A stretch of 44,222 nucleotides of DNA from Bifidobacterium breve (GCA_945861955.1 CAMAWJ010000002.1:1-44222); one strand, 5' to 3'. Counted from the first letter of the stretch, positions 27,038-38,706 are shown. The notes: a model not told the origin generated them from the sequence alone. A program made the numbers and translations.

Positions 27038-28648
27038 ATGACTGAGCATAACGACGCCGAGTTCGACGCCACCGCCATCGATCGTCAGAGCTTTTTGGCG
27101 CGCACCGCCGCTGCCGCTGGCGCGCTTGGTCTCGGTGGACTACTGGGCCTGCCTGGCGTGGCTGAGGCGGCCAAGCAGCCCGCTCCGACCACCCTCAAGG
27201 GCATGAACGTCGTGATGTTCATCACCGACCAAGAGCGCGCCATCCAGCACTTTCCAATCGGTTGGGCACAGAAGAACATGCCGGGCATGACGCAGCTCCA
27301 GCGCCACGGACTGACGTTCACCAACGCCTTTACGAACGCCTGCATGTGCTCGCCAGCTCGCTCGACGCTGATGTCCGGCTACTTCCCCGCACAGCACGGC
27401 GTCAAGTACACGCTCGAGTCGAACATGCCCTATCCGACGTATCCCGATCAGGTACCGCTCTCGACCAGCCTCGCGAACATCGCGACGGTCATGTCGGCCG
27501 CCGGCTACACCGTGGTCTACAAGGGCAAGTGGCACTGCAGCAAGCCCGCCGGTGCCGAATGGACGTCGGCCGACCTCAACGCCTACTCCTTCAATCGCTG
27601 GAACCCGGACGATGCCGGAGCCAACCAGAGCTTCCCCGAGATGGGTGGCGGCACTGCGCAGAATGACGCGCGCTTTATGGGCAGCCAGACGTCGAACTAC
27701 ACCGACGGTAACGAAGGCGCTCTGCAGTTCCTCAACTCGTATGCCGCGACGCAGCAGCCGTTCTTCCTGATCGTCTCGCTCGTCAATCCGCACGATGTCC
27801 TCGAGTATCCGAAGAGCCTGAAGGACTCCGGCTACGACACCACGTGGATCGAAGGCGACATTGGCCTGCCAGCCACCGTCAATGAAGACCTCTCGACCAA
27901 GCCGCGTGCGCAGCAGATCTTCCTCAAGCTCTCAGCCGGCCTCGGCGTACTCAACACGGCCAGGAAGAAGCGCAACTACATCAACTTCTACGGCAACCTG
28001 ATGAAGTCGTCGGACGCCTACCTCGTCAACATTCTCGGTGCTCTGACCAACCAGAATCTGCTCGGCAATACGCTCGTGATCAAGACGGCTGACCACGGCG
28101 AACTCGGCGTTGCCCATGGTGGGATGCGCCAGAAGAACTTCAACTTCTACGAAGAGGCGATCAACGTTCCGCTGATCTACTCGAACCCGAACCTCTACAA
28201 GCGCCCCGTGCGTAGTGACGCGCTCGTCTCGCACGTCGACTTTCTGCCGACGATTGCCAACCTCTTTAGCGCACCAAGCGCCGCGCAGGCACCGTGGGAG
28301 GGCGTCGACTACTCGTCGATCGTGCTCAACCCGAAGAGCAAGCCGGTCCAGAGCGAGATCATCTTCACCTATGACGATTGGCAGTCTGGCCAGGCCAGCG
28401 GGCCGTACATCCCACCGCCGCAGCACATCGTCTCGTTTCGCGAGAAGCGCTGGAAGTTCGCCGAGTACTACGATGCAACGGGCGATGTGCCGAGCGAGTT
28501 CGAGATGTACGACCTCAAGACCGATCCGCTCGAGACCGTCAACATCGCGCATGCCTCGTACGACCGAACGCCTGCCCAAGACGTGCAGTTCTTGCGACTA
28601 ATGAGGAAGTTGCAGACGATCAAGTCCACCCGTTTGCAGCCGCTCTAG
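27038..28648 (+). CDS. Sulfatase family protein, paralogue A (mirror copy)
   Basis: Exact reverse-complement copy of 15575..17185. ATG at 27038; the alternative GTG is at 27017. Confidence 0.9.
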   Translation: MTEHNDAEFDATAIDRQSFLARTAAAAGALGLGGLLGLPGVAEAAKQPAPTTLKGMNVVMFITDQERAIQHFPIGWAQKNMPGMTQLQRHGLTFTNAFTNACMCSPARSTLMSGYFPAQHGVKYTLESNMPYPTYPDQVPLSTSLANIATVMSAAGYTVVYKGKWHCSKPAGAEWTSADLNAYSFNRWNPDDAGANQSFPEMGGGTAQNDARFMGSQTSNYTDGNEGALQFLNSYAATQQPFFLIVSLVNPHDVLEYPKSLKDSGYDTTWIEGDIGLPATVNEDLSTKPRAQQIFLKLSAGLGVLNTARKKRNYINFYGNLMKSSDAYLVNILGALTNQNLLGNTLVIKTADHGELGVAHGGMRQKNFNFYEEAINVPLIYSNPNLYKRPVRSDALVSHVDFLPTIANLFSAPSAAQAPWEGVDYSSIVLNPKSKPVQSEIIFTYDDWQSGQASGPYIPPPQHIVSFREKRWKFAEYYDATGDVPSEFEMYDLKTDPLETVNIAHASYDRTPAQDVQFLRLMRKLQTIKSTRLQPL

Positions 28649-28659
28649 GAGATCTGACA

Positions 28660-29436
28660 ATGCCTTCCATCACTCCGCTGCGTACCATCGCCGTCCTCTC
28701 GGGCGTCAGTCTCGCCCTGCTCGCTCTGCCTGCCTTTGCGGGCGCCACTGGTGGCCTTATGCAGGCAACTGCACCGACCAAGGGTGCTGGCGTGATCATC
28801 CTCGGCAAGACGCACCTCGCCTCGATTACCAGCCCAACCGTGCTCAACGATGAAGGCACCGTCCAAGGCAGCCCAATCGGCTCCGGCACGATCAAGCTGA
28901 CCTACACGCTGCACCCCAAGGCCGGTGTTGCCGAGACGACCTTCACGATCACCAACAGCCTCGGCACCGTCAGTGGCTTGGCAGCATCGACGTACGCTCA
29001 GACGCGCCTGCACCTGACCTTCACGGGCGTCGGCATACTGACCGCAGGTACGGGGGCCTACGCCACCATCACCAGTGGCCTGCTCCAGTTCAACGCGGTC
29101 CACTCGATCACGGGTAAGAGAGAGGTGATCGCCTTTGTCGGCTCGACCGTCAGCCCGTCGAAGTCGACGCAGAAGCTGTTTGGCAAGTACCTCTCCGGGC
29201 TGGGCGGAAGTGCAGCGAACGTGAAGGCGCAGATCAGTGCCCATAAGGCGCAGGCTCAGGCTGGCACGCTCGCCACGATGGCTGGTTCGGGCAAACCCGT
29301 GACAGGTTCCAGTGGTACGCCGGTCCCGTCGCTGTTCAGCGCCACAATTGGTGGCAACATGGGCTCCGTGGGCGGCACTGGTGGTAACGGTGGCAATGGT
29401 GGCAACGGCGGCGCAGGAACGACAACCGGTCGCTAG
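28660..29436 (+). CDS. Secreted hypothetical protein with Gly/Asn-rich tail (mirror copy)
   Basis: Exact reverse-complement copy of 14787..15563. ATG at 28660, AGGAG at 28647..28651. Confidence 0.7.
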   Translation: MPSITPLRTIAVLSGVSLALLALPAFAGATGGLMQATAPTKGAGVIILGKTHLASITSPTVLNDEGTVQGSPIGSGTIKLTYTLHPKAGVAETTFTITNSLGTVSGLAASTYAQTRLHLTFTGVGILTAGTGAYATITSGLLQFNAVHSITGKREVIAFVGSTVSPSKSTQKLFGKYLSGLGGSAANVKAQISAHKAQAQAGTLATMAGSGKPVTGSSGTPVPSLFSATIGGNMGSVGGTGGNGGNGGNGGAGTTTGR

Positions 29437-29507
29437 CACCCCGGATGGCGCACAGCGCGCCACCCTCGCGTACACTGCGCCGCGCACCTCACTGGAGCGA
29501 AACTGAC

Positions 29508-30197
29508 ATGTCGGACACCACACTCACCATCACCAAGCGCAAGGCAGCATCGACGCGCGAGAACCAGCGTCTGCGCAAGCAGGACGTGATTCCTGGTGTG
29601 TTGTACGGTCAGGGCCGCGAGCCGTTGCCATTCCAGATCGAGCGCGTCAAGTTGCGCTCCGCGATGATGGGCGAGGCTGGTCGCAACGCGATTCTCTCGC
29701 TCGTGATCGATGGTGAGGACAAGCCCGTCAACGCGATTCTCAAGGCGATGGAGATCGATCGTGTCCGTGATCGTGTCACGCACATCGACCTGATTGCCAT
29801 CTCGATGACCGAGAAGATCACCGCCCCCGTGCCAGTGCATCTGGTCGGCGAGGCCGACGGCATCAAGCTCGACGGCGGCATGATCGAGCATTCGCTGCAC
29901 GAGATCCTCGTGATTGCTCTGCCGGGCGCGATGCCGACTGAGATCGTTGTCGACATCACCGAACTGCGCATCGCTCACTCGATTCATATCCGCGACCTGA
30001 CAGCCGGAACGGGCTACGAGTTCGCTGGCGATCCCGACGCTGTCGTCTGCTCCTGTGTCGTCACGCGTGCCGCCCTGTCCGAGGCGACAACCGAGGGCGA
30101 AGAGGGTGCCGAGGGCGAGGTTCCGCTCGTCGGCGAGGGCGACGATGCCGGAGAGGCGTCTGGCGACGACTCTCCGGGCGACGACTCCAGCGAGTAG
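29508..30197 (+). CDS. rplY: 50S ribosomal protein L25/Ctc (mirror copy)
   Basis: Exact reverse-complement copy of 14026..14715. ATG at 29508. Confidence 0.92.
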   Translation: MSDTTLTITKRKAASTRENQRLRKQDVIPGVLYGQGREPLPFQIERVKLRSAMMGEAGRNAILSLVIDGEDKPVNAILKAMEIDRVRDRVTHIDLIAISMTEKITAPVPVHLVGEADGIKLDGGMIEHSLHEILVIALPGAMPTEIVVDITELRIAHSIHIRDLTAGTGYEFAGDPDAVVCSCVVTRAALSEATTEGEEGAEGEVPLVGEGDDAGEASGDDSPGDDSSE

Positions 30198-30203
30198 ATT
30201 CAA

Positions 30204-30770
30204 ATGGGCTACGTCGACGCCCTGATCGTTGGGCTCGGCAACCCTGGTTCGAAGTACGCCCGGACGCGCCACAACATTGGCTGGATGGCCGTCGACGCGT
30301 TGCTCTCAGAACAGGGTGCCAAGACCAAGGACAAGTACAACGGTCGCTATGCCGAAGTTCGTCTCGGCGAGGTGGCCGTCGGCGTGCTCGCACCCGAAAC
30401 GTTTATGAACGACTCGGGCCGGTCGGTCGGCGCCTGCGTCCATGACCTCAAGTTGCCGCTCGACGAGATCATCGTGATCTACGACGACATCGAGCTCGAG
30501 CCAGGCGTCGTCCGTGCCCGTGACGGTGGCGGCCTCAAGGGCCACAACGGGTTGCGCTCGCTGGCCGACGCGCTCGGCTCGCCTGCCTTCTTCCGTGTGC
30601 GCTGCGGTGTTGGTCGTCCCGGCAAGGGTGATCAACGCGATGTTGCCGCCTACGTGCTGTCGCCGTTCGAGGCCGATGAAGACCCCGCAGCGCTCGCCGC
30701 TGAGGCTGCTCGCTGTGCCGTGACGATCATCGTTGAGGGCATGGCACCAGCCCTCGAGCGCTGGCCGTAG
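30204..30770 (+). CDS. pth: Peptidyl-tRNA hydrolase (mirror copy)
   Basis: Exact reverse-complement copy of 13453..14019. Confidence 0.95.
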   Translation: MGYVDALIVGLGNPGSKYARTRHNIGWMAVDALLSEQGAKTKDKYNGRYAEVRLGEVAVGVLAPETFMNDSGRSVGACVHDLKLPLDEIIVIYDDIELEPGVVRARDGGGLKGHNGLRSLADALGSPAFFRVRCGVGRPGKGDQRDVAAYVLSPFEADEDPAALAAEAARCAVTIIVEGMAPALERWP

Positions 30771-30845
30771 CGCACAGACTCGCACTCGCCGCCCCGCACC
30801 GTTAGGATGTAGCCAATTCGGTTCGCACAGTGAGGGAGGGCCTCC

Positions 30846-33116
30846 ATGGCCGTTGTCGAGAGTAGGACGTTTAAACGCCAAGATGGCAAGGACAAGGTGA
30901 CCGGTCTCGGTCGCTACACGGCAGACATGCAGCTCGCTGGCATGACGCACTGCAAGTTCCTCTATGCCGGCATCGCCAATGGTCGCATCACGCGTCTCGA
31001 CACCAGCAAGGCCGAGGCTCTCGCCGGCGTGTTCGCCGTCGTCACGCACGCCGACGTCCCCGACCTTCAGCACGGTCCGTACATCCAAGACCGTCGCCTA
31101 TTCGCACGCGAGTGGGTGCGCTTCGAGGGCGAGATCATCGCAGCCGTCGCCGCCACCACGCCCGCCGTTGCGCAGGCTGCGCTCGACCTGATCGAGGTCG
31201 ACATTGAGCCCCTGCCGGTGATGAACGACATCGAAGAGTCGGCTGCCCCGGGCGCCCCACTCGTGCACCCCGATTGGGAGTCGTACGGCGACTCCTCTGA
31301 CATCGTGCGCGACCGTAACGATGCAGGTCGTTCCACGCTCGTCTTCGGCGATATCGACAAGGGTATGGCCGAGGCCGACACCGTCATCAGTGGTCGCTAC
31401 GTCGCCGACATGCAGCACGCCGCCCCGATCGAGCCACGCGCGATTATTGCCGAGTGGCATGGCGATCAAGTCACGATCTGGTCCTCGACGCAGGTGCCGT
31501 TTAACGCCCGCGCTGGTGTCGCCCACACGCTCGAGATGCCCGAGAACGCCGTGCGCGTGATCGTCCCCCACCTTGGCGGTGGCTTTGGTGGCAAGTGCGA
31601 GTTCCACTTCGAGGCACACGTCGCCGCTGTCGCCCGCAAGGCGAAGCGCCCGACCAAGCTGGTCTTCTCGCGCCGCGAGGAGTTCATCGCACCCGACCAT
31701 CGTCGCGAGGGCATGGTCATCACCCTCGAGACGGGCGTCAAGCGTGACGGCACGATTACCGGCCGTCGCGGCACGATCCTGATCGACAATGGTGCCTATA
31801 CCGCCGACGGTGGCTTTTTCCCTCAGCTTGCCGCCATGCACGCAGCCGGACCGTACCGCATCCCAAGCTGCGATATCGAAGCCCGCATCGTCTACACGAA
31901 CCATCAGCCTTCCGGCTCGGTGCGCGCTCCTACGGCGCCGCAGGTCAACTGGGCGCTCGAGCAGCACATGGACGTGATTGCCAAGGCACTCGGCATGGAC
32001 CCGCTCGAGCTGCGCCGCAAGAATGTGGTGCAGGACGGCGACGCAACGGTCTCCGGCCAGATCCTCGACCCGCATGGCGCCCCGCAGTGCCTTGATGCTG
32101 CCGCCGAGATGCTCGGCTACGGCAAGGAGCTGCCCGAGGACGAAGCAATCGGCATGGCAATCGGCTGGTGGCCGTCTTTCGGTGCCTCGTCGGGTGCGTA
32201 CATCAAGTTCAACGGCGACGGCTCCGCCACGATCATCACCGGAGCGATGGAATGTGGATCGGGTGCCGTAATGGCGCTTCCCCGCCTCGCTGCCGACGTG
32301 CTCGGCATGCAGCCCGAGAACTTCTCGATCGTCTATCAGGACACCGAGGCTGGCCCGTACGACATGGGTGCCTCCGGTTCGCAGACGACCTTCAACAACG
32401 GTCGTGCTGTCGTTGCCGCTGCCAACGTGATCAAGACCCGCCTCTTCGAAATGGCGTCCGAGCGGCTCGAGGCTTCCGTGGGCGACCTCGAAGTTGCCGA
32501 CGGCCTCGTGCGTGTCAAGGGTTCCCCCGATAAGAACGTCAGCATCGTCGACTTGGCCGGCGAGGCCACGGGTGGCGACCAGCTGCTCGCGACCGGCTCG
32601 GGCGATGTTCCAGCTGCTCCCGAGGTCGAGGGCTCGGCCTGTGTCGGCCGGATGGGTATGGAGTCGTGGGTTGCCCCCACCTTCTTCTGCCACGCCGCCC
32701 ACGTGAAGGTCGATCGCGAAACCGGCGTCGTGCGCGTGCTCGGTGTTGCCGCCGCACACGACTCGGGCACGATCATCAACCCGCTTGGTGCTGAGGGCCA
32801 GATCGAGGGCGGTGTCGTGATGGGCATCGGCCAGGCGCTCCTCGAGGGCTCGAAGATCTCGGAAGACGGCCTCATCCTCAACGCTGGTCTGTTGGAGTAC
32901 AAGCTGCAGACGGCTGCGGATATCCCACCAATCCAGATCGCCTTCGTCGGCCCAGCGGCTACCGATGGTGGTCCGAGCGGCGTCAAGGGCATTGCAGAGC
33001 CGCCGAGCGTCCCGACACTCGCCGCGATCGGCAATGCCATCGCCAAGGTGATCGGCACGCACGTGCACGAGTTGCCCATGACGCCGAACCGCGTCTGGGA
33101 CACGATCAACCGCTAG
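30846..33116 (+). CDS. Xanthine dehydrogenase family molybdopterin-binding subunit (mirror copy)
   Basis: Exact reverse-complement copy of 11107..13377. Confidence 0.92.
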   Translation: MAVVESRTFKRQDGKDKVTGLGRYTADMQLAGMTHCKFLYAGIANGRITRLDTSKAEALAGVFAVVTHADVPDLQHGPYIQDRRLFAREWVRFEGEIIAAVAATTPAVAQAALDLIEVDIEPLPVMNDIEESAAPGAPLVHPDWESYGDSSDIVRDRNDAGRSTLVFGDIDKGMAEADTVISGRYVADMQHAAPIEPRAIIAEWHGDQVTIWSSTQVPFNARAGVAHTLEMPENAVRVIVPHLGGGFGGKCEFHFEAHVAAVARKAKRPTKLVFSRREEFIAPDHRREGMVITLETGVKRDGTITGRRGTILIDNGAYTADGGFFPQLAAMHAAGPYRIPSCDIEARIVYTNHQPSGSVRAPTAPQVNWALEQHMDVIAKALGMDPLELRRKNVVQDGDATVSGQILDPHGAPQCLDAAAEMLGYGKELPEDEAIGMAIGWWPSFGASSGAYIKFNGDGSATIITGAMECGSGAVMALPRLAADVLGMQPENFSIVYQDTEAGPYDMGASGSQTTFNNGRAVVAAANVIKTRLFEMASERLEASVGDLEVADGLVRVKGSPDKNVSIVDLAGEATGGDQLLATGSGDVPAAPEVEGSACVGRMGMESWVAPTFFCHAAHVKVDRETGVVRVLGVAAAHDSGTIINPLGAEGQIEGGVVMGIGQALLEGSKISEDGLILNAGLLEYKLQTAADIPPIQIAFVGPAATDGGPSGVKGIAEPPSVPTLAAIGNAIAKVIGTHVHELPMTPNRVWDTINR

Positions 33117-33189
33117 AAAACTAAGGGCGCGAGCTCGCCCAGAACTGCACTACGCCGGAATCAACTCAGGCGCCGCGCTCCATGTCGAA

Positions 33190-33220
33190 TGTCACAAAGG
33201 GGTCAGACCCTTTTGTGACA
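33190..33220. terminator. 31-nt dyad/hairpin between convergent genes (mirror copy)
   Basis: Exact reverse complement of 11003..11033 (TGTCACAAAGGGGTCAGACCCTTTTGTGACA). Confidence 0.5.
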
Positions 33221-33222
33221 CC

Positions 33223-34071
33223 CTACTCCTCGCCCGTGACCTTCTTGATCCGCTCACGGTTGCGCTTGGCCTTCTCACGACGACGCTTGATGACTTCCTT
33301 GCGTCGCTCATTCTCTTTCGGCGACTCGTTGATCACGAGTCGGCCCGTCACATCGCCGTAGAGGTTGCGGAAGACGAGGGCCGCGACCGGCCAGACGATG
33401 ATCGTGGTGATGGCGAACGTGACTTGCTGCTGCAACAGCGACCCGAGCGGAGTCAGCAGGATGCCAAAGCCGACGGCCACCGCGGCAATCACGATCGCGA
33501 GTCCGAGCACACAGGCGTAGGTTCGCTTGAACCAGCGCACCGTCATCCGCACGCCTTGCCAGATCGAGCCAAATCCTCCCGCATCGCCCGAGGCCGCGAT
33601 AATTGGCGGGAAGGCAAGCAGCGGATAGAACACGACCGCAACGAAGACGAGTTGCCAGATCAGCAGCGTGCCCACAGCGACCGTGACGACACCAGTAATC
33701 AAGAGCGAACCAAGACGTCCACGGAGGCTTCCCACCACGAGCATCGTGGCGAGCGAGAGCACCATAAAGTTGCCAAGCGCGAACGCCGCCGCGTACATCA
33801 GCCCGGCCCACAATCCTGGCACCGCCGTGCCCGACACAATCACCTTGACGCCCAGCAGTGGCAGCGCGCTGACGGCTGCAATCAGCAGATAGCCACCGAA
33901 GTTGATGCCAAAGCGCCGAAAAGCGGCCTCGAAGTACGCGCCGACAGGATGCAGTGGCCGACCGGTCGGCCCGAGTGGCCCCTGCTCTTCCTCGACATCC
34001 GGTGCGTCAAGCTCGAGGTCCTGATCGTTGGCAGCGTCGGACGACGCAGAGCGGCGGCGGAACAATCCCAT
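33223..34071 (-). CDS. Hypothetical polytopic membrane protein (mirror copy)
   Basis: Exact reverse-complement copy of 10152..11000. Confidence 0.7.
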   Translation of the reverse strand: MGLFRRRSASSDAANDQDLELDAPDVEEEQGPLGPTGRPLHPVGAYFEAAFRRFGINFGGYLLIAAVSALPLLGVKVIVSGTAVPGLWAGLMYAAAFALGNFMVLSLATMLVVGSLRGRLGSLLITGVVTVAVGTLLIWQLVFVAVVFYPLLAFPPIIAASGDAGGFGSIWQGVRMTVRWFKRTYACVLGLAIVIAAVAVGFGILLTPLGSLLQQQVTFAITTIIVWPVAALVFRNLYGDVTGRLVINESPKENERRKEVIKRRREKAKRNRERIKKVTGEE

Positions 34072-34073
34072 GC

Positions 34074-36674
34074 TCAGACAGCCTCCTGAGGAGTCGCAAT
34101 CGTGAAGACGATGCCGTCATCGGTGTCACTGGTTTCTGCAATCACACGGGCACCATCGCCGATATCACCCTCGAGCAGACGTAGCGCCAGCGGATTTTCC
34201 AGCAGGCGCTGGATTGCACGCTTCAGCGGTCGAGCGCCATACGTAGGATCGTAGCCTTCGCGAGCCAAGAGATCCTTGGCAGCATCTGTCACCTCAAAAG
34301 CCACACGACGAGACTCAACGCGGCGTACGAGACGCTCGACCTGCAGGTCGACGATCTTGCGGATCTCGACTTCGGTCAGGCGATGGAAGATCACCGTCTC
34401 GTCGATGCGGTTGAGGAACTCTGGTCGGAAGGTCTGCCGCAGCACACCCTCGACACGATCGCGGATCTCGTCGTGGGAGAGCTCGCCGAGTACAAACTCG
34501 GACCCAGCATTCGAGGTCATGATCAGCACCGTGTTCGTAAAGTCGACGGTGCGTCCCTGGCCGTCGGTCAGGCGACCGTCATCGAGCACCTGCAGCAAGA
34601 CGTTGAAGACGTCACCGTGTGCTTTCTCGATCTCGTCGAGCAGGACGACGGAATAGGGGCGGCGTCGAATCGCTTCAGTCAATTGGCCACCCTCGTCGTA
34701 GCCGACGTAGCCGGGTGGCGCACCGACCAGGCGCGAGACGGAGTGGCGTTCCATGTACTCCGACATGTCGATCCGAATCATCGACTTTTCGTCGTCGAAG
34801 AGCAGTTCGGCGAGCGTCTTCGCGAGCTCGGTCTTGCCGACACCGGTCGGGCCAAGGAACAGGAACGACCCGATCGGTCGATCTGGATCGCCGAGCCCCG
34901 CACGCGAGCGGCGGATTGCGTCGGAGACGGCAGAGATTGCCTCCTCCTGCCCGACGAGGCGCTCGTGGAGACGCTCCTCGAGCTGCACGAGCTTCTGCAT
35001 CTCACCTTCCATTAGGCGCGAGACGGGAATTCCGGTCCAGGCTCCAACGACTCCGGCGATATCTTCCTCGTCGACCTCTTCTTTGAGCACCGAGCCATCC
35101 TTCTGCGCCTCGTCAAGCGCCGCCGTCTCGGCCAGCAGTTCGGCCTCGTACGCCGGGAGGTCGCCATACGTCAATTTCGCAGCGCGCTGCAGATCGGCCT
35201 CACGTTCTGCTCGCTCTGCCTCGTTCTTGACGTCCTCAATCATGCTCTTGAGTCGTCGGATCGAATCGATGTGGCGCTTCTCGAGTTCCCATCGTCCACG
35301 CATCTCGTCGGCAATTTCTTGGAGTCCACCGAGCTCGCTGGCGAGGGCATCGCGCCGCTCGGCCGAGACGACGTCACTCTCCTTGGCGAGCGCCGCATCT
35401 TCAATCTCGATGCGCACGATCCGCCGCTCGATCTCGTCGAGCTCGGTCGGGCGCGAATCGATCTCGATGCGCAGACGACTAGCGGCCTCGTCGATCAGGT
35501 CGATTGCCTTGTCCGGCAGAAAGCGATCGGCAATGTAGCGATCCGAAAGCATCGCAGCGGCCACGATTGCACTGTCTTGAATGCGCACGCCATGGTGGAC
35601 TTCGTAGCGCTCCTTGAGTCCGCGCAGAATCCCGATCGCGTCCTCCACGTTTGGCTCACCCACGAGCACGGGCTGGAAGCGGCGGGCGAGTGCAGCATCT
35701 TTTTCGACGTGCTTACGGTACTCGTCGATCGTCGTCGCGCCGATTGCGCGTAGCTCGCCGCGCGCGAGCATCGGCTTGAGCAGGTTGGCCGCGTCGACGG
35801 CACCCTCGGCCGCACCTGCGCCCACGACTGTGTGAAGCTCATCGATAAACAGCACGATCTGGCCCTCAGCCGCCGTCACCTCGCCCAAGACGGCTTTGAG
35901 TCGCTCCTCGAACTCGCCGCGGAACTTGGCTCCTGCCAGGAGCGCGCCCATGTCGAGCGCCCAGATCTTGCGACCGCGCAGACTCTCCGGCACGTCGCCG
36001 GCAACGATGCGCATGGCGAGGCCCTCGGCAATGGCGGTCTTGCCAACGCCTGGCTCGCCGATCAGTACCGGATTGTTTTTCGTACGCCGCGAGAGGACCT
36101 GGACGACTCGACGAATCTCGTCGTCACGACCGATCACCGGATCGACCTTGCCAGCCTCGGCCGCGGCCGTTAGGTCGCGGGCGTACTTCTGCAGCGCGTC
36201 GTAGAGGTCTTCGGCGTTGGGATCGGTCACACGCTTGCCACCGCGAATGTTCTTGAGACCTCCCAGGAGCGCGGTCTTCGTCACGTTCTGGCGGCGCAAA
36301 ATGTCTTTCGCGGCGCCCGAATGCTCGGCGAGTGCGATCAGGACGTGCTCCGACGCAACGTAGTCGTCACCCATCTCCTGCGATTCCTTCGTGGCACGCT
36401 CGAGCGTCTCGCGCAGCCCCAGTGAGGCCTGCGGCGAAGTCGCAGCACCCTTCATGCTCGGAAGCTTGTCGAGCGCATCGTCGGTTTCGCGACGCAGCGT
36501 GTCGACGTCGCCGCCGGCGCCGCGCAAGAGCGACTCGGCGACCGAGCCGTGCTCGGCCAGCAGGCCCGCCAAGAGATGCAGTGGAGTCAGTTCGGGATTA
36601 CCGGCGACGCGGGCGCGCTCGGCTGCTGTGCCGAGTGCCTCCTGCGCTTTGACGGTCAGTTTGGTGGGATCCAT
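34074..36674 (-). CDS. clpB: ClpB disaggregase (mirror copy)
   Basis: Exact reverse-complement copy of 7549..10149. Confidence 0.98.
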   Translation of the reverse strand: MDPTKLTVKAQEALGTAAERARVAGNPELTPLHLLAGLLAEHGSVAESLLRGAGGDVDTLRRETDDALDKLPSMKGAATSPQASLGLRETLERATKESQEMGDDYVASEHVLIALAEHSGAAKDILRRQNVTKTALLGGLKNIRGGKRVTDPNAEDLYDALQKYARDLTAAAEAGKVDPVIGRDDEIRRVVQVLSRRTKNNPVLIGEPGVGKTAIAEGLAMRIVAGDVPESLRGRKIWALDMGALLAGAKFRGEFEERLKAVLGEVTAAEGQIVLFIDELHTVVGAGAAEGAVDAANLLKPMLARGELRAIGATTIDEYRKHVEKDAALARRFQPVLVGEPNVEDAIGILRGLKERYEVHHGVRIQDSAIVAAAMLSDRYIADRFLPDKAIDLIDEAASRLRIEIDSRPTELDEIERRIVRIEIEDAALAKESDVVSAERRDALASELGGLQEIADEMRGRWELEKRHIDSIRRLKSMIEDVKNEAERAEREADLQRAAKLTYGDLPAYEAELLAETAALDEAQKDGSVLKEEVDEEDIAGVVGAWTGIPVSRLMEGEMQKLVQLEERLHERLVGQEEAISAVSDAIRRSRAGLGDPDRPIGSFLFLGPTGVGKTELAKTLAELLFDDEKSMIRIDMSEYMERHSVSRLVGAPPGYVGYDEGGQLTEAIRRRPYSVVLLDEIEKAHGDVFNVLLQVLDDGRLTDGQGRTVDFTNTVLIMTSNAGSEFVLGELSHDEIRDRVEGVLRQTFRPEFLNRIDETVIFHRLTEVEIRKIVDLQVERLVRRVESRRVAFEVTDAAKDLLAREGYDPTYGARPLKRAIQRLLENPLALRLLEGDIGDGARVIAETSDTDDGIVFTIATPQEAV

Positions 36675-36715
36675 GGTGGGGGTTCCTCCGTTCGGTATCA
36701 GCTACGGGAAGCGGT

Positions 36716-37123
36716 TCAACGCATGCGCCGGCGACGGACGACAAGCTCCGCGCCAGGCGGCGGGATGTACGGCACGATCTCGTGTCGGTAGGAGCGATGC
36801 ACGCTCTCGACCTCAGTCTGCATCACGCGCGCGGCCTCATCGAGGGCGGCTCCGAGGTCGGCGACCTGCTGCTCGAGTTGGTGCACCCGATCTTCGAGTG
36901 CGAGCACGTGCTCCACGCCCTGGAGCGAGAGACCAAGGCCCGATGCGAGCTCGGTAATGCGCTGCAGGCGCATCAGTTCGGCATCCGAATAGAGGCGGGT
37001 ACCACCGGCCGTGCGGCGCGGTCGGACCAGACCTCGGGCTTCGTAGAGCCGTAGCGTCTGGGGGTGCATGCCGACGAGCTCGGCGGCGACGCCGATCATG
37101 TACTTGGGGGTGTCTTCGTTCAC
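36716..37123 (-). CDS. hspR: HspR heat-shock repressor (mirror copy)
   Basis: Exact reverse-complement copy of 7100..7507. Confidence 0.9.
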   Translation of the reverse strand: MNEDTPKYMIGVAAELVGMHPQTLRLYEARGLVRPRRTAGGTRLYSDAELMRLQRITELASGLGLSLQGVEHVLALEDRVHQLEQQVADLGAALDEAARVMQTEVESVHRSYRHEIVPYIPPPGAELVVRRRRMR

Positions 37124-38223
37124 GTAAACAGCTCCGCCCGCGGATCTGTCCCGCCGTCGAGCGCTGCAAACTTCTCGAGCGCCTCAGTCTGCTGCGTCGA
37201 GAGTCCACTGGGCACGATCAACTTGAGACGAACCAGCAACGAGCCATCGTCGCCGCTCGTTGAAGGTGCACCAAGACCTCGTACTCGCAGCATCTTGCCG
37301 TCGACGGAACCTGCCGGTACCTTGACGCGCACCTTTTCGCCAAGCGGTGTTGGCACATCGATCTCTGCTCCGAGCGCTGCCTCGGGGAACGTCACGGGAA
37401 CCTCGACGATGATGTCCTTGTCGCGTCGTGTAAACCGTTCCGAGGGCAGCACCTGCACGACAACCCAGAGGTCGCCCGGCGCCCCACCACTCTCTCCGTC
37501 GAGACCCTTGCCACGCACGCGAATGCGCGACGCATCGGCAATACCAGCGGGGATCTTGACGGTGTAGCGCTTGGTCCGACGTTGGCGACCAGAGCCCTTG
37601 CACGTGGTACACGGTCGTTCAACAATCGAGCCCTGTCCACCGCAACGCATGCAGGTCTCGGCGATCGCAAAGAACCCCTGATTGACCTGACGCTCACCAG
37701 AACCACCACAGTCGGGGCACGTCGTACGCGACGTGCCTGCCGCTGCTCCCGTGCCAGAACAATCGGCACAGTTGAGGTCCTTGTCGACCGGCACCGTCAC
37801 CCGGGCGCCACGCAGCGCGTCGTCGAAGGAGAGGGTGACGCGTGTCTCGAGATCGACACCACGCCGAGCGGGACGGCGGCCGCGACCTGCGCTCGGACCG
37901 CCACCGCGACGGCGGCCGAAGAGGTCCCCAAACAGGTCGGAGATGTCGAAGCCACGGTCTTGGGCGAAGTCGCGAAAATCGTTGGGGTCGAAGCCCTGTG
38001 CGCCGGTGCCGCCCGAGGCTCCGAATTGGTCGTACGCCTTGCGCTTCTCGACGTCGGACAAGGTGTCGTGCGCAGCGGAGATCTCCTTGAAGCGCTCTTC
38101 GGCTTTTGGATCGTCAGGATTGGCGTCGGGATGGTGCTTGCGTGCCAGCGTGCGATAGGCCTTCTTGATCTCGTCTGCAGTTGCCGATCGCGGTACCTCA
38201 AGCACCTCGTAGAGATCACGCAT
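37120..38223 (-). CDS. dnaJ: DnaJ (mirror copy)
   Basis: Exact reverse-complement copy of 6000..7103. Confidence 0.96.
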   Translation of the reverse strand: MRDLYEVLEVPRSATADEIKKAYRTLARKHHPDANPDDPKAEERFKEISAAHDTLSDVEKRKAYDQFGASGGTGAQGFDPNDFRDFAQDRGFDISDLFGDLFGRRRGGGPSAGRGRRPARRGVDLETRVTLSFDDALRGARVTVPVDKDLNCADCSGTGAAAGTSRTTCPDCGGSGERQVNQGFFAIAETCMRCGGQGSIVERPCTTCKGSGRQRRTKRYTVKIPAGIADASRIRVRGKGLDGESGGAPGDLWVVVQVLPSERFTRRDKDIIVEVPVTFPEAALGAEIDVPTPLGEKVRVKVPAGSVDGKMLRVRGLGAPSTSGDDGSLLVRLKLIVPSGLSTQQTEALEKFAALDGGTDPRAELFT

Positions 38224-38626
38224 TGCGAACGACCTCTACGAGACCGGCAGGATCGATCGGGGACAACACGACTCGGCGGCGGCCGACCTTAATCAGGACG
38301 GTGCGACGCACGTCCGTCACAAACGACCGCGTCCAGCCACCGCCAGCGACGCGGAAGTGACCGCGGTAGCCATAGAGACCACCGGAGCCGAGCCGGAGCC
38401 CTAACCGTGCCTTGTCGGTATGCGGCTCGATCCGGCCGGTAATCCGCAATGAACCTCGCCGACGTTCAATCACCAGCGCATCGCGGTCGAAGCGATACGC
38501 CACGGGTTGCGTGACGCGCAGCCAGAGACCGATCGCGCCCAACAGAAGCCCAGCCGACAACATCGCGACGGCGTGCAATGCATTGCCATTCGAGACGCCG
38601 ACGCCGGTGCCAATCCAGGCCAGCAA
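38216..38626 (-). CDS. Small membrane / possible bacterial PH-domain protein (mirror copy)
   Basis: Exact reverse-complement copy of 5597..6007. Confidence 0.6.
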   Translation of the reverse strand: MLAWIGTGVGVSNGNALHAVAMLSAGLLLGAIGLWLRVTQPVAYRFDRDALVIERRRGSLRITGRIEPHTDKARLGLRLGSGGLYGYRGHFRVAGGGWTRSFVTDVRRTVLIKVGRRRVVLSPIDPAGLVEVVRNA

Positions 38627-38706
38627 GACGACGCACCAGAAGATGCCAGTGATGACCTTTTCGGCACCGCCCAGCGGAGCTGCAGCGATCGTGACGGGGG
38701 TCAGGC